Part shown: positions 1 to 9,459 of the stretch, piece by piece
How the letters are laid out: every line of letters starts with the position of its first letter
Position numbering within the stretch: the stretch's first letter is position 1
Assembly: GCA_964596355.1 (NCBI GenBank)
Contig: CAZQTD010000001.1
Location: 68,446 to 132,445 of the forward strand
Direction of reading: 5' to 3'
From: an uncultured Gammaproteobacteria bacterium
GTDB lineage: Bacteria > Patescibacteriota > Microgenomatia > UBA10105 > UBA927
Length of the DNA stretch: 64,000 bases
Position numbers and translations under genes: made by a program
The notes under the pieces: generated by a model
Database searches by the model: none
Told to the model about the DNA's origin: nothing
Seen by the model: the letters and a program-made list of their open reading frames with translations, nothing else

Positions 1-765
1 GGCAGCGACCTGGCGAAGTATTGGCCGGTTCGCGCGTACGCGACAATTGTCAACTTTTTTTTGCGACAATATGACTTTGAGACTGCGCAAAGCGTCGATT
101 ATTTCGTTGCGAATTCTAAGGAGACCGCGCGGAGGGTTCGTAAGTTCTATAGGAGAGAGTCGACGGTGATCTACCCGCCGGTGGAGATACATTCCAAAAT
201 CCAACATTCAACATCCAACATAAATCCAAAAATCGAAATTCAAAACGGCTCCTATTACCTATCTGTCGGCCGGCTGACGTGGGCAAAGCGGGTGGATCTT
301 GCGATCGCGGCGTGTAATAAGCTCACACTGCCGCTAAAAATTGTAGGTACCGGTAAAGAAGAGGCATATTTGCGCTCGATTGCCGGCCCAACGGTTGAAT
401 TTCTTGGTGGCGTTTCGGATACTGAGTTGGCCTACCTGTACGCAGGAGCGCGGGCGCTCATTTTTTGCGCGCTGGATGAAGATTTTGGAATGGTGCCGGT
501 TGAAGCCATGGCGCATGGGACGCCGGTTGTTGCGCTTGCGCAGGGAGGCGTTTTGGAGACTGTACAAGATGGGAAAACCGGAGTACTTTTTCACGCGCCA
601 ACGCCTGAAGCGCTAGTGGAAGCGATAAAGAGATTAAAGAGATTAGGAAGCACCATGGAAAAACAGTGCAGGCAGCAGGCGATACAGTTCAGCAAAGAAC
701 GGTTTAAAAAAGAATTCAAACAGTTTGTTCAAGAGCAGTATGTTGCACATTGTTCACAACGGTAG
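1..765 (+). CDS. Glycosyltransferase family 4 (GT-B fold), C-terminal part; 5' end lies outside the window
   Basis: The frame is open from nt 1. The motif ...EDFGMVPVEAMAHGTPVV...GKTG... is the typical GT4 C-terminal nucleotide-sugar binding region. The first ATG at 61 is internal. Confidence 0.8.
   Translation, partial: GSDLAKYWPVRAYATIVNFFLRQYDFETAQSVDYFVANSKETARRVRKFYRRESTVIYPPVEIHSKIQHSTSNINPKIEIQNGSYYLSVGRLTWAKRVDLAIAACNKLTLPLKIVGTGKEEAYLRSIAGPTVEFLGGVSDTELAYLYAGARALIFCALDEDFGMVPVEAMAHGTPVVALAQGGVLETVQDGKTGVLFHAPTPEALVEAIKRLKRLGSTMEKQCRQQAIQFSKERFKKEFKQFVQEQYVAHCSQR
188..247. repeat. AT-rich in-frame insertion element (family member) in GT4 gene
   Basis: ccaaaatccaacattcaacatccaacataaatccaaaaatcgaaattcaaaac, translated SKIQHSTSNINPKIEIQN. 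Confidence 0.5.
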
Positions 766-862
766 TCTTACGGTGTATACTACACTTTACCCCCTCAAAA
801 AATCCCCGTTCGGCGGCTAACGACAGGGCTTTTTTCAGGATATATTGACGGGAGCACGTACG

Positions 863-1789
863 ATGCCCCATGCAGTTTTAGAAGTCCGTCATCTGACAAA
901 ACGGTTTGGTCCCCCGGGAACGGGAGTAACCGCCGTCGACGACATTTCCTTTTCCGTGAAGGAAGGGGAGATTGTGGGGATGTTAGGCAGAAACGGCGCG
1001 GGAAAAACAACGACTGTTTCCATGCTCATGGGGCTTTTGACGCCAACGAGCGGTGAAATTCGGATATTTGGTCGCGATTTTGAAACGCATCGGGAGGAAC
1101 TGTTAGGGCAGGTAAATTTTTCATCTGCTTACATCAATTTTCCATACATGCTAACTGTTAGAGAAAATCTTGAGATCTTTGCCATGCTCTACGACGTGCC
1201 GGATCGGCGGAAACGGGTAGAGGACGTTATCCGGCTTTTTGAAATTGAACAGTTGGCAACCAAGCAATACCTCTATCTTTCAGCAGGTCAGCAAGCGCGG
1301 GTTCATTTGGCTAAGGCAGTTATTAACACTCCGCGGATACTGTTCCTTGATGAACCCACCGCTGCTTTGGATCCAAATATCGCGGACATAGTGCGCAAGC
1401 TCATCATATCCATGCAAAAAAAACAGCGCATGACAGTGCTTTTAACCTCTCACAACATGGCGGAGGTTGAGGAGATTTGCGATCGCGTGCTTTTTATCGA
1501 TAACGGCGTGCTTATCGCTCAAGATACGCCGTATGGGTTGGCCAAACGCATTACAAAGACAACCATCAACCTGATGATCAAAGACGGAATGAAGCGGACG
1601 CTTGAATACTGTAAAAAACACGGGTTTGTAGCCAAGCAGGAAGGAAGATACGTGACGATTCCGCTTTCGGAAGAAGACATCGTCTATTTCTTGACATTTT
1701 TGGCAGAGCGAAACATCGTCTATGAAGAAATAAGCATCGACCGGCCGACGCTTGAAGATTTTTTTCTGGAGCACGCAAGGGGGAAGTGA
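863..1789 (+). CDS. ABC transporter ATP-binding protein (ABC-2 exporter ATPase, Wzt/TagH-like)
   Basis: Walker A GRNGAGKTT, signature LSAGQQARV, Walker B LFLDEPTAALD. The ATG at 863 has GGGAG 8-10 nt upstream; the track ORF begins at a TTG at 845. Confidence 0.85.
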   Translation: MPHAVLEVRHLTKRFGPPGTGVTAVDDISFSVKEGEIVGMLGRNGAGKTTTVSMLMGLLTPTSGEIRIFGRDFETHREELLGQVNFSSAYINFPYMLTVRENLEIFAMLYDVPDRRKRVEDVIRLFEIEQLATKQYLYLSAGQQARVHLAKAVINTPRILFLDEPTAALDPNIADIVRKLIISMQKKQRMTVLLTSHNMAEVEEICDRVLFIDNGVLIAQDTPYGLAKRITKTTINLMIKDGMKRTLEYCKKHGFVAKQEGRYVTIPLSEEDIVYFLTFLAERNIVYEEISIDRPTLEDFFLEHARGK

Positions 1790-2574
1790 TGAACTGGACG
1801 CGCGTTTTTGGCATGATCAGACGCAATTTTTATGTGTGGATCCGAGACCTTGACCGGCTGTTTGACGCCTTTTGGTGGGCGTTTTTTGATCTTGTCATCT
1901 GGGGACTCATGAGCACGTACTTTACTCAAGGTGTCTCCCACTCAAACCTTGTACAACAGATACTGATTGGTATTATTCTCTGGAGCGTGCTTGCCCGGTC
2001 ACAATGGGAAATGTCTTCGTCCATGCTCTTGGAGTCTTGGGAAAAGAATCTCATTAATATATTCGCGTCGCCATTGACTGTTGGCGAATTCATAGTATCG
2101 AGTATCCTTTTGGGTGTCGGTAAGCTTCTCCTCGTCTTTTTCTTTATGTCAGGTGTTGCATTTCTTTTCTACCACTTCAACATCTTCGCCATGAGCTGGT
2201 GGATCGTGCCGCTTCTTGTCAACGTCTTTTTAACCAGTATTTGGATTGCGCTTGTAGTCAACGCGCTCATCCTTCGGTTTGGCAAGCGCGTCATGTCATT
2301 TGCCTGGACGCTCGTTGTTGTTGTCAATCCGCTTTCCGGCGTCATGTACCCGATTGCCGCGCTTCCCAAAGCGCTTCAGATTATCTCGTACGCAGTTCCC
2401 ACTTCTTACGTGTTTGAAGGGATGCGGTCGCTTTTGACAACTGGATCCATGGATGTAACGTATATATGGATGAGCATGCTTCTTAATGGCGTCTATACGG
2501 CATTGAGTGTCCTTTTATACGTTTCTACGTTTCAAAAGGCGCGCGCGAACGGATGGCTCATCAAACTGGCCTGA
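1786..2574 (+). CDS. ABC-2 type transporter permease (6 TM)
   Basis: Start overlaps the ATPase stop by 4 bp (ATGA). Hydrophobic multi-TM protein typical of Wzm/TagG permeases. Confidence 0.8.
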   Translation: MMNWTRVFGMIRRNFYVWIRDLDRLFDAFWWAFFDLVIWGLMSTYFTQGVSHSNLVQQILIGIILWSVLARSQWEMSSSMLLESWEKNLINIFASPLTVGEFIVSSILLGVGKLLLVFFFMSGVAFLFYHFNIFAMSWWIVPLLVNVFLTSIWIALVVNALILRFGKRVMSFAWTLVVVVNPLSGVMYPIAALPKALQIISYAVPTSYVFEGMRSLLTTGSMDVTYIWMSMLLNGVYTALSVLLYVSTFQKARANGWLIKLA

Positions 2575-2653
2575 CAATTGTTTGACAAATTGGGTCTTTT
2601 CTCTTACTATAGTTGGAGTTGCGCGTCAGGACGCGCTTTTGTAACTGCGCGAT

Positions 2654-3352
2654 ATGACAAACCATAAAGACGCCTACGTTTTGTCTCTAGGGGGATCGCT
2701 TATCGTCCCCAACGGCGGCATTGACACCCGCTTTCTTCAGAGCTTTAACAGCTTCATTCGAGAACAAATCTCCTCCAAAAAGAGGAGATTTTTTATCGTG
2801 GCAGGCGGCGGCGGCACGAGCCGCAATTATCAAAAAGCGGCTCGCCAGGTCCGCGGAGAGATAGAACACGAAGATTCGGACTGGCTGGGGCTCCATGCCA
2901 CTCGGCTCAACGCACAGCTTATTCGCACTATTTTTCGCGATGTGGCTGACCCGAGGGTCATCAAGCACTATGAAATAATTTTGAAAATTGACAAGCCTGT
3001 CGCGGTTGCCGCAGGCTGGAAACCCGGGTGGAGCACGGATTACTGCGCGGTAACTCTCTGTCAGGACTACGGCGTTTCGCACGTCATGAACCTCACCAAC
3101 ATTGACCGCGTGTATGACAAAGACCCTCAAAAATATCCCAACGCAAAACCGCTTCATGAAATTACCTGGGACGCATATCGCTCAATGATCGGCGATGTGT
3201 GGGAGCCGGGCTTGAATACACCGTTTGATCCAATTGCCTCCAAGCTGGCACAGGAGCTTGGCATCACGGTCAAAATTCTTAACGGAAAGGATCTGGAGAA
3301 TGTGGGCAAAGCGCTTGACGGCAAACCGTTCCACGGGACGACGATAAAATAA
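2654..3352 (+). CDS. pyrH: UMP kinase, archaeal-type (amino-acid kinase family)
   Basis: Motifs LSLGGSLIVP, IVAGGGGTSRNY, GWKPGWSTD, NIDRVYDKDP and C-terminal HGTTI line up with archaeal PyrH. Confidence 0.65.
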   Translation: MTNHKDAYVLSLGGSLIVPNGGIDTRFLQSFNSFIREQISSKKRRFFIVAGGGGTSRNYQKAARQVRGEIEHEDSDWLGLHATRLNAQLIRTIFRDVADPRVIKHYEIILKIDKPVAVAAGWKPGWSTDYCAVTLCQDYGVSHVMNLTNIDRVYDKDPQKYPNAKPLHEITWDAYRSMIGDVWEPGLNTPFDPIASKLAQELGITVKILNGKDLENVGKALDGKPFHGTTIK

Positions 3353-3397
3353 GCGATAAACGGATACGCAATACAGGAAACGTGGTACAATCGCGCC

Positions 3398-4477
3398 ATG
3401 GTGATTGATCTTCTCGCGCTTCGGCAGTTTCGAAGTTATTTAAACGCCTCCTTTTCGTTCTCGCCGGCAGTGACGCTGATTGTCGGAGGCAACGCCGTTG
3501 GAAAAACCAACATCATAGAGTCAATCTACTTATTGGCCACAGCGAGAAGTTTCCGGACAGCGCACGATCGCGAAGTCATCCGGTGGGGGGGCGAGTTGTC
3601 AGTTGTCAGTTGTCAGTTGTCAACCACAGACGAACCTGTCACGCTGGAACTAACGATTACTTCAGGAATGGTGGGCGGGCAAAAAGCGCCGCTTAAAAAA
3701 TATCTCGTCAATGGCGTTGCGAGGCGGCAGATTGATTTTGTAGGGACGATGCGCGCGGTATTGTTTTGGCCGGAAGACTTGCAACTTGTGACGGATAGTC
3801 CCAGTATCAGGCGCAGGTATTTAGACAGCGTGCTTGTTCAGGTAGACCGAGAGTATCGCAGAAACCTTGTTTCCTATGAACGGGGTTTGCGGCAGCGAAA
3901 TAGACTGCTAGACGCCATCAGCGAGGGGAAAGCGTCCAGAAGCCAGCTTCTTTTTTGGAATCAACTGTTAATCAAAGCAGGATCGTTCCTTACGGACGCG
4001 CGGGCACGGTATATTGACACTATCAATGCGTATCCTGCATTGAGCGTCGCGTGCCGCTTAGAGTACGATAAAAGCGTTATTTCCGAATCGCGGCTTGAAC
4101 AGTACAAAGACGAGGAGGTCGCGGCAAAGGCAACGCTGGTTGGGCCGCACAGGGACGATTTCACGTTTATGATACGCAACAAGCGGAAGCAGGCAAGCAA
4201 TACGATGGATGTATCACTTTGTTCGTATGGAAGCAGAGGAGAACAACGGTTGGCGATCTTATGGTTGAAACTTGCGGAGCTTGCGTTTATTCAACACGAG
4301 ACGGGAGAGCGGCCGATCCTCCTTCTTGATGATATTTTTTCCGAACTTGATGATGATCACCGAAGAATTGTTTTGGACATCGTTGACAAGCAGCAGACAA
4401 TTGTTACCAGTTCTGAAAAAGACGTAATAGACGCAGTGGAGCGTGTGCACCGAGCGCATGCAATTATTCGATTATGA
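3398..4477 (+). CDS. recF: DNA replication and repair protein RecF
   Basis: N-terminal Walker A GGNAVGKTNIIESIY and C-terminal LLLDDIFSELD (SMC-like signature/Walker B). Confidence 0.9.
   Translation: MVIDLLALRQFRSYLNASFSFSPAVTLIVGGNAVGKTNIIESIYLLATARSFRTAHDREVIRWGGELSVVSCQLSTTDEPVTLELTITSGMVGGQKAPLKKYLVNGVARRQIDFVGTMRAVLFWPEDLQLVTDSPSIRRRYLDSVLVQVDREYRRNLVSYERGLRQRNRLLDAISEGKASRSQLLFWNQLLIKAGSFLTDARARYIDTINAYPALSVACRLEYDKSVISESRLEQYKDEEVAAKATLVGPHRDDFTFMIRNKRKQASNTMDVSLCSYGSRGEQRLAILWLKLAELAFIQHETGERPILLLDDIFSELDDDHRRIVLDIVDKQQTIVTSSEKDVIDAVERVHRAHAIIRL
3597..3624. repeat. Tandem 7-bp repeat (GTTGTCA)x4 inside recF
   Basis: Read directly as gttgtcagttgtcagttgtcagttgtca; the unit length is not a multiple of 3. 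Confidence 0.8.
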
Positions 4478-5397
4478 AACACGTAACTGCACGTGACATG
4501 AATGAGCTGTATATCCCCCCGAAGGGATCGCATAAGGGTCAAAACGGCAAACTCCTCATTATTGGCGGCAGTCATCTGTTTCATGCCGCGAGCCTGTGGG
4601 CGTTGACGGTAGCGTCGCGCATCGTCGATCTCGTGCACTACTCATCTGTGCCGGAAAATAACGAGCTCGTTGTCAAAGCCAAAGAGAAATTTCGCAACGG
4701 CATTGTGGCTCCACGAGGCGAGGTTGAGAGTTATATTGAAGAAGATGATTGCATCCTGATTGGACCGGGAATGGTCCGACCGCACGGTTTGGATGCTCCA
4801 CACTCTACGCTCGAAGTTCAAAATACAATCCAAATTCAAAATCTCAATGAGCTTAGTGAGATTCAAGAAGAAGGGCAACAGACGGCTGCATTAACCAATT
4901 ATTTACTTGCTAAACACCCAAACAAGCAGTGGGTGATAGACGCTGGCGCGCTCCAGACGCTTGATGTAGCGGTCATTCCAAAAAACGCGATACTGACGCC
5001 GCACCGTAGAGAGTTTGACGGGCTTTGGAACAAATTCCACACGCTGAATGCCACATACCAAAGAGAATCTATTTTAGACGAGGAGAGGGTTCATTTATTT
5101 GCGAACGAATATCGTTGCATCGTGCTTCTGAAAGGGCAGAAAGATATTGCGTCGAACGGAAAAGAAATGAGGGAAATTATCGGCGGGAATGCCGGCATGA
5201 CCAAAGGCGGTACGGGCGACGTGCTTGCCGGACTGATTGCTGCTTTGGCATGCAAAAACGATCCGTTTCTGGCAGCTATCGCCGGCAGCTTCATCAACAA
5301 AAAGGCAGGAGACGCGCTTTACAGCAGGGTTGGACCGTACTTTAACGCGACGGATCTTGTCAATCAGATTCCGCTGACAATGAACCAGCTGCACTAG
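4474..5397 (+). CDS. nnrD: ADP-dependent NAD(P)H-hydrate dehydratase (YjeF C-terminal domain)
   Basis: HKGQNGKLLIIGGS and GGNAGMTKGGTGDVLAGLIAAL motifs. ATG overlaps the recF stop. Confidence 0.8.
   Translation: MKHVTARDMNELYIPPKGSHKGQNGKLLIIGGSHLFHAASLWALTVASRIVDLVHYSSVPENNELVVKAKEKFRNGIVAPRGEVESYIEEDDCILIGPGMVRPHGLDAPHSTLEVQNTIQIQNLNELSEIQEEGQQTAALTNYLLAKHPNKQWVIDAGALQTLDVAVIPKNAILTPHRREFDGLWNKFHTLNATYQRESILDEERVHLFANEYRCIVLLKGQKDIASNGKEMREIIGGNAGMTKGGTGDVLAGLIAALACKNDPFLAAIAGSFINKKAGDALYSRVGPYFNATDLVNQIPLTMNQLH
4815..4875. repeat. AT-rich in-frame insertion element in nnrD
   Basis: gttcaaaatacaatccaaattcaaaatctcaatgag, translated VQNTIQIQNLNE. Confidence 0.5.
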
Positions 5398-5657
5398 GTT
5401 TCCAACGTTTCAATCAGCCTCGAGAGATTTACCGTGATCACAACGGCAATCGTGGTTACAAGAACAGCATAGAGCGCAAGAGACAGAAGTCCGCTTCCTT
5501 TCGGAAGGAAGGGTTCAATGTAATCATTGATGAGTTTCTGCACGACATTGTTCCACGCAAGCGCGGCAACCAAACTAAATCCGCCGGTGGCAAGCGACAC
5601 TATCTGCTTGAGAACCGCAAGATGCACCTTCCGTTTTGATTGCTTTTTGAGAACCAT
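5394..5657 (-). CDS. Small 2-TM membrane protein (88 aa), hypothetical
   Basis: The track ORF 5394..5948 contains an internal start MVLKKQSKRK... followed by two hydrophobic helices. The longer upstream extension would overlap the Fic gene. Confidence 0.5.
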   Translation of the reverse strand: MVLKKQSKRKVHLAVLKQIVSLATGGFSLVAALAWNNVVQKLINDYIEPFLPKGSGLLSLALYAVLVTTIAVVITVNLSRLIETLET

Positions 5658-5709
5658 GCGGGTATTATACGGGATAAGAAGACGTTTGTTAAAGTGCCAT
5701 ATTGTTATT

Positions 5710-6756
5710 ATGTACGCTCCCACGTTCACGATCACAAATGCAATCTTAAAATACATCGGCATTATAGAAGCGGCCAAAGAGGTCATTGAAAATTCACCGC
5801 TTGTGCCTGCGTGGGAAGCGAGGTTCCGCGAAGACGCGCTGGTTCGCACCGTGCACCACGGGACGCATATTGAAGGAAATGAGCTGAACATGTCTGAAGC
5901 CGAGCGCGTGCTTGCCGGCGCAAAAGTGTTGGGTCGCGAGAGGGACATTCAGGAAGTATTGAATTACCGAAACGTCCTTAAATTTATCGAAGAATTTGAC
6001 AAATCGGAGATTACAGAAGAAACGCTCAAGCATATCCATAAACTGACAGTTCATAGAATCCTTGCGGATCACGCCGTGGGGGACTACCGCAAGACGCAGG
6101 TGGTTGTAAAAAACAGTCAAACCGGCGAAGTAACGTTCCGGCCGCCTCCGGCTGTAGAGGTGCCGTTTATGATCGCTTCGTTTTTGCGATGGGTGAGCGA
6201 CACCACGCCGGAACAGATGCATCCGGTTTTGAAAGCCGGTGTTTCACAGTATGAGATTGTACGCATCCACCCGTTTCTTGACGGCAACGGCAGGGTCGCG
6301 CGGGCGATGGCGACACTGGTTCTCTGTATGGATGGGTATGACATCAAGCGGTTTTTTTCACTCGAAGAGCATTACGATCGTGAGCCAACGGCCTACTATG
6401 ATGCTCTTCAGGCGGTAGGCAGGCAGCAGGGCAACATGACGCCGTGGCTTGAGTATTTTACTCAAGGTCTTGCGATAGAATTAACGCGCATCAAGGAAAA
6501 AGTTAAGTCACTATCCACAGATCTCAAGATTAAAAAATCGCTTGGAGGGCAGCAGATGGCGCTCACCGAGCGGCAAATAAAAATCATTGAATTTATACAG
6601 GAGAACGGATTTTTGCAGAACAAGGCTTTTTTTGAGCTTTTTCCGATGATTTCTGAAGACACCGTGCTACGCGAATTGAAGGATCTCATTAAAAAGGGTA
6701 TAGTGAAAAAAGAAGGCACGACCAAAGGCGTACGATACGTACTGCGGAGTGCGTAA
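5710..6756 (+). CDS. Fic/DOC family protein (Fic_N + Fic core + C-terminal winged-helix)
   Basis: Fic motif HPFLDGNGRVAR. The upstream region carries THIEGN. The C-terminus is HTH-like. The ATG at 5710 is chosen over the track start at 5527, which looks like an over-extension. Confidence 0.85.
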   Translation: MYAPTFTITNAILKYIGIIEAAKEVIENSPLVPAWEARFREDALVRTVHHGTHIEGNELNMSEAERVLAGAKVLGRERDIQEVLNYRNVLKFIEEFDKSEITEETLKHIHKLTVHRILADHAVGDYRKTQVVVKNSQTGEVTFRPPPAVEVPFMIASFLRWVSDTTPEQMHPVLKAGVSQYEIVRIHPFLDGNGRVARAMATLVLCMDGYDIKRFFSLEEHYDREPTAYYDALQAVGRQQGNMTPWLEYFTQGLAIELTRIKEKVKSLSTDLKIKKSLGGQQMALTERQIKIIEFIQENGFLQNKAFFELFPMISEDTVLRELKDLIKKGIVKKEGTTKGVRYVLRSA

Positions 6757-6841
6757 AATGGCATTGGTTCATCGTTCAACGTTATGAGCAATTCAAACAA
6801 TGTTCTGTCAACCATGAACAATTAACGATGGACATGTAACT

Positions 6842-7027
6842 ATGGATCTATCCGGCTCCGGCGTTATCTACGCGTTTCTCATAGTGCCGCTCCTATTCGC
6901 TGTTGTGGTCATCATTCAGGGGATTGAGAAGGCCGTGCGAAATGAGGCTGAAGGCTATGTGGCACTGGGATTTGGCGCTGCGTTTATTGTACTCATTGCC
7001 GCTGCCTACATTCTATTCATAAAGTGA
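6842..7027 (+). CDS. Small membrane protein (61 aa), hypothetical
   Basis: Two hydrophobic helices; an ORF only. Confidence 0.4.
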   Translation: MDLSGSGVIYAFLIVPLLFAVVVIIQGIEKAVRNEAEGYVALGFGAAFIVLIAAAYILFIK

Positions 7028-7072
7028 TAGGAAATACGACCGCCTTTCGCGCATGACGTATCGCAACGCACT

Positions 7073-8797
7073 ATGTACTTCTCGGATCTTGCACGGTATT
7101 TCAAAAAACTTGAAGATACTCCGTCGCGAAACGCGATGACGGAGATTCTTGCAGACCTTTTTCGTCATGTGACAGGCGATGAGATTAGGAAAATCTGCTA
7201 CCTCCTGCAGGGACGCGTTGTTCCCTTGTATGAAGCGCTTGAGTTTGGCGTTGCGGATAAGTTTATGATTCGCGCGGTTGCGAAGGCATATGAAGTGAAC
7301 GAGAAGCGCGTTGAGCATGAATTGAAAAGAACAGGGGATTTAGGCGTCGTTGCGTTCGTCTGTTACCATGTTTTAAAACATAGTAACAGACGAATGCTGT
7401 CGGTTCAGGATGCCTACGACGCGCTATACGACTTGGCGCACGCTTCTGGCGAAGGTTCACAGGAAAAGAAAATAGAGCTGCTTGCTGATCTGTTAAGATC
7501 AGTTGAGGCGCTCTCGGCCCGCTACCTTGCGAGGATTCCACTTGATAAGCTGCGCCTTGGATTTTCCGATATGACAATGCTGGACGCGTTGTCGTGGATG
7601 GAAAAAGGCGATAAGTCACTGCGGGGAGCGCTTGAAGATGCGTACAACGTGCGGCCGGACATCGGCTACATTGCACAAACCCTCAAAACACATGGCGAAA
7701 ACGGTTTGAGCCATATACATGCGAAAGTCGGTGTACCAATCCTTGCGGCGCTCTGTCAGCGGCTTCCGAGTGCCGATGATATGATCAAAAAAATGGGCAA
7801 GGCAGCAGTTGAGCCTAAATTTGATGGCGTGAGGGTGCAGATCCATTATCAGCAATCAACGGTAAAAACGTTTTCCAGAAACCTTGAAAATACCACGGCG
7901 ATGTTTCCCGAGTTATCAGATATCGGGAGAAGCATTGCCGGCCGTGAAGTGATCCTCGATAGCGAAGCCGTGGGCATTGACCCTGCAACGAACCGTCTAA
8001 TTCCGTTTCAAGAAACGATGACGAGGAAGCGCAAGTATAATATTGAGGGAGCTCGGCGAAGCGTGCCGCTTCGATTTTTTGTCTTTGATATTCTCTACAA
8101 AGACGGCAGAGATTTGCTCCATACGCCGCTTTCCGACCGGCGGCGCATTCTGGAGGCGACGCTTACAAAACGTACCGTCTGCGCAATTTCACCGCAGATT
8201 GTCACAAGCGATCCGGGGACGCTTCGGGAGTATCATGAGGAACAGCTCCGGAGGGGGCTGGAGGGCGTCGTCGTGAAAAAATGGGAAAGCTTCTACGAGC
8301 CGGGCAGGAGGGGGTATTCGTGGGTTAAATTTAAGGAGGAAGAAGGCAAAACCGGAAAACTCAACGATACGATTGATGCGGTTATCATGGGATACTATGC
8401 CGGGGAAGGAAAACGTGCGGGATTTGGCATCGGCATGTTTTTGGCGGGAATCAGAAAAGGCGAGCACTTTGTGACGGTGACCAAGATTGGCACGGGCGTT
8501 TCCGATGAACTGTGGAAGCTTCTGCGCAAGCAGCTTGAAGACATAAAGGTTAAGGGTCAGCCAAAGGAATATGCACAGGTAGCAAAACAGCTTGTTCCTG
8601 ATGTTTGGGTTGCGCCAAAGATCGTCGTTGAGATTGCAGGAGATGATTTGACCCGTTCGCCTTCTCACGGGGCGGGGTTTGCCGTACGCTTTCCGCGGCT
8701 CGTGCGGATCCGCACGGATAAGTCGCCTTCCGAAGCAACAACGGTGCGCGAAATACACGCGATGTATACGCAGCAAAGAGGAGGCGTCACGCCATGA
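7073..8797 (+). CDS. lig: ATP-dependent DNA ligase (archaeal/eukaryotic LigB-type)
   Basis: Adenylation motif I KFDGVRVQIHY, with a DNA-binding N-terminal domain and an OB domain. 574 aa. Confidence 0.9.
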   Translation: MYFSDLARYFKKLEDTPSRNAMTEILADLFRHVTGDEIRKICYLLQGRVVPLYEALEFGVADKFMIRAVAKAYEVNEKRVEHELKRTGDLGVVAFVCYHVLKHSNRRMLSVQDAYDALYDLAHASGEGSQEKKIELLADLLRSVEALSARYLARIPLDKLRLGFSDMTMLDALSWMEKGDKSLRGALEDAYNVRPDIGYIAQTLKTHGENGLSHIHAKVGVPILAALCQRLPSADDMIKKMGKAAVEPKFDGVRVQIHYQQSTVKTFSRNLENTTAMFPELSDIGRSIAGREVILDSEAVGIDPATNRLIPFQETMTRKRKYNIEGARRSVPLRFFVFDILYKDGRDLLHTPLSDRRRILEATLTKRTVCAISPQIVTSDPGTLREYHEEQLRRGLEGVVVKKWESFYEPGRRGYSWVKFKEEEGKTGKLNDTIDAVIMGYYAGEGKRAGFGIGMFLAGIRKGEHFVTVTKIGTGVSDELWKLLRKQLEDIKVKGQPKEYAQVAKQLVPDVWVAPKIVVEIAGDDLTRSPSHGAGFAVRFPRLVRIRTDKSPSEATTVREIHAMYTQQRGGVTP

Positions 8798-9417
8798 ATG
8801 AAGAATTACGACAGCACCTGAAAATCAAGCAATTTTTCTACGGCGCGATCCACATAACGTTTGTCAGCAGCATCCTCTATGCGTTTTATCACTTCGTCCG
8901 AACGCCCCGGATTTTTATCGTCACCAGACGCATGTGGGCGTATGAGTTTTGGATCATCATTTCATTTTATGCCTTGTTTATCTACCTCATTCTTACCGAT
9001 AGAGAGGGGAGGCTCAAGCGCCGGGAAGTACTAGAAAAGTTTCAGCGGATTCTGCGCGTCAACCTTCTCCTTCTTCTTTTCCCGTGGGGGTTATTTCTGA
9101 TTCTGGTTCCAAAGGAGTTATTGCTCCTTGTGGGACTGGGAGCTTTTTATTGGCGGGTGTTGGGACTGTTTTCTCTTTTTGGGTTTTTGCTGTACCTTTT
9201 TCCGTATAAATTTCACAGGCACAAGGTGTCTTACTACATTCTCTTTTTTGGCATCATTGACAATTTTCTTGCGGCGACGATTGTCCTTATCCTCTTCCTT
9301 GAGCGGCAGGTGCCGCTTGCCGCTTTATCCGCTGTTCCGCTTCTTTATTATTTTTCCTTCTTTTTCTACGAGCAGGTGCGTCGGTTTAAGGAAATCGCCT
9401 CCCGTCGCGCGCCATAG
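8794..9417 (+). CDS. Polytopic membrane protein, hypothetical
   Basis: About 6 predicted TM helices. Start overlaps the ligase stop (ATGA). Confidence 0.6.
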   Translation: MNEELRQHLKIKQFFYGAIHITFVSSILYAFYHFVRTPRIFIVTRRMWAYEFWIIISFYALFIYLILTDREGRLKRREVLEKFQRILRVNLLLLLFPWGLFLILVPKELLLLVGLGAFYWRVLGLFSLFGFLLYLFPYKFHRHKVSYYILFFGIIDNFLAATIVLILFLERQVPLAALSAVPLLYYFSFFFYEQVRRFKEIASRRAP

Positions 9418-9459
9418 TTTGTAGGGGGCAAGAGTGCCGTATACTGCGCACATACTCAT

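Noticed and set aside
5527-5948. Long N-terminal extension of Fic and long version of the minus-strand ORF 5394..5948
   Set aside because: The two extensions overlap each other on opposite strands. Internal starts (5710 and 5657) give non-overlapping genes with sensible domain boundaries.
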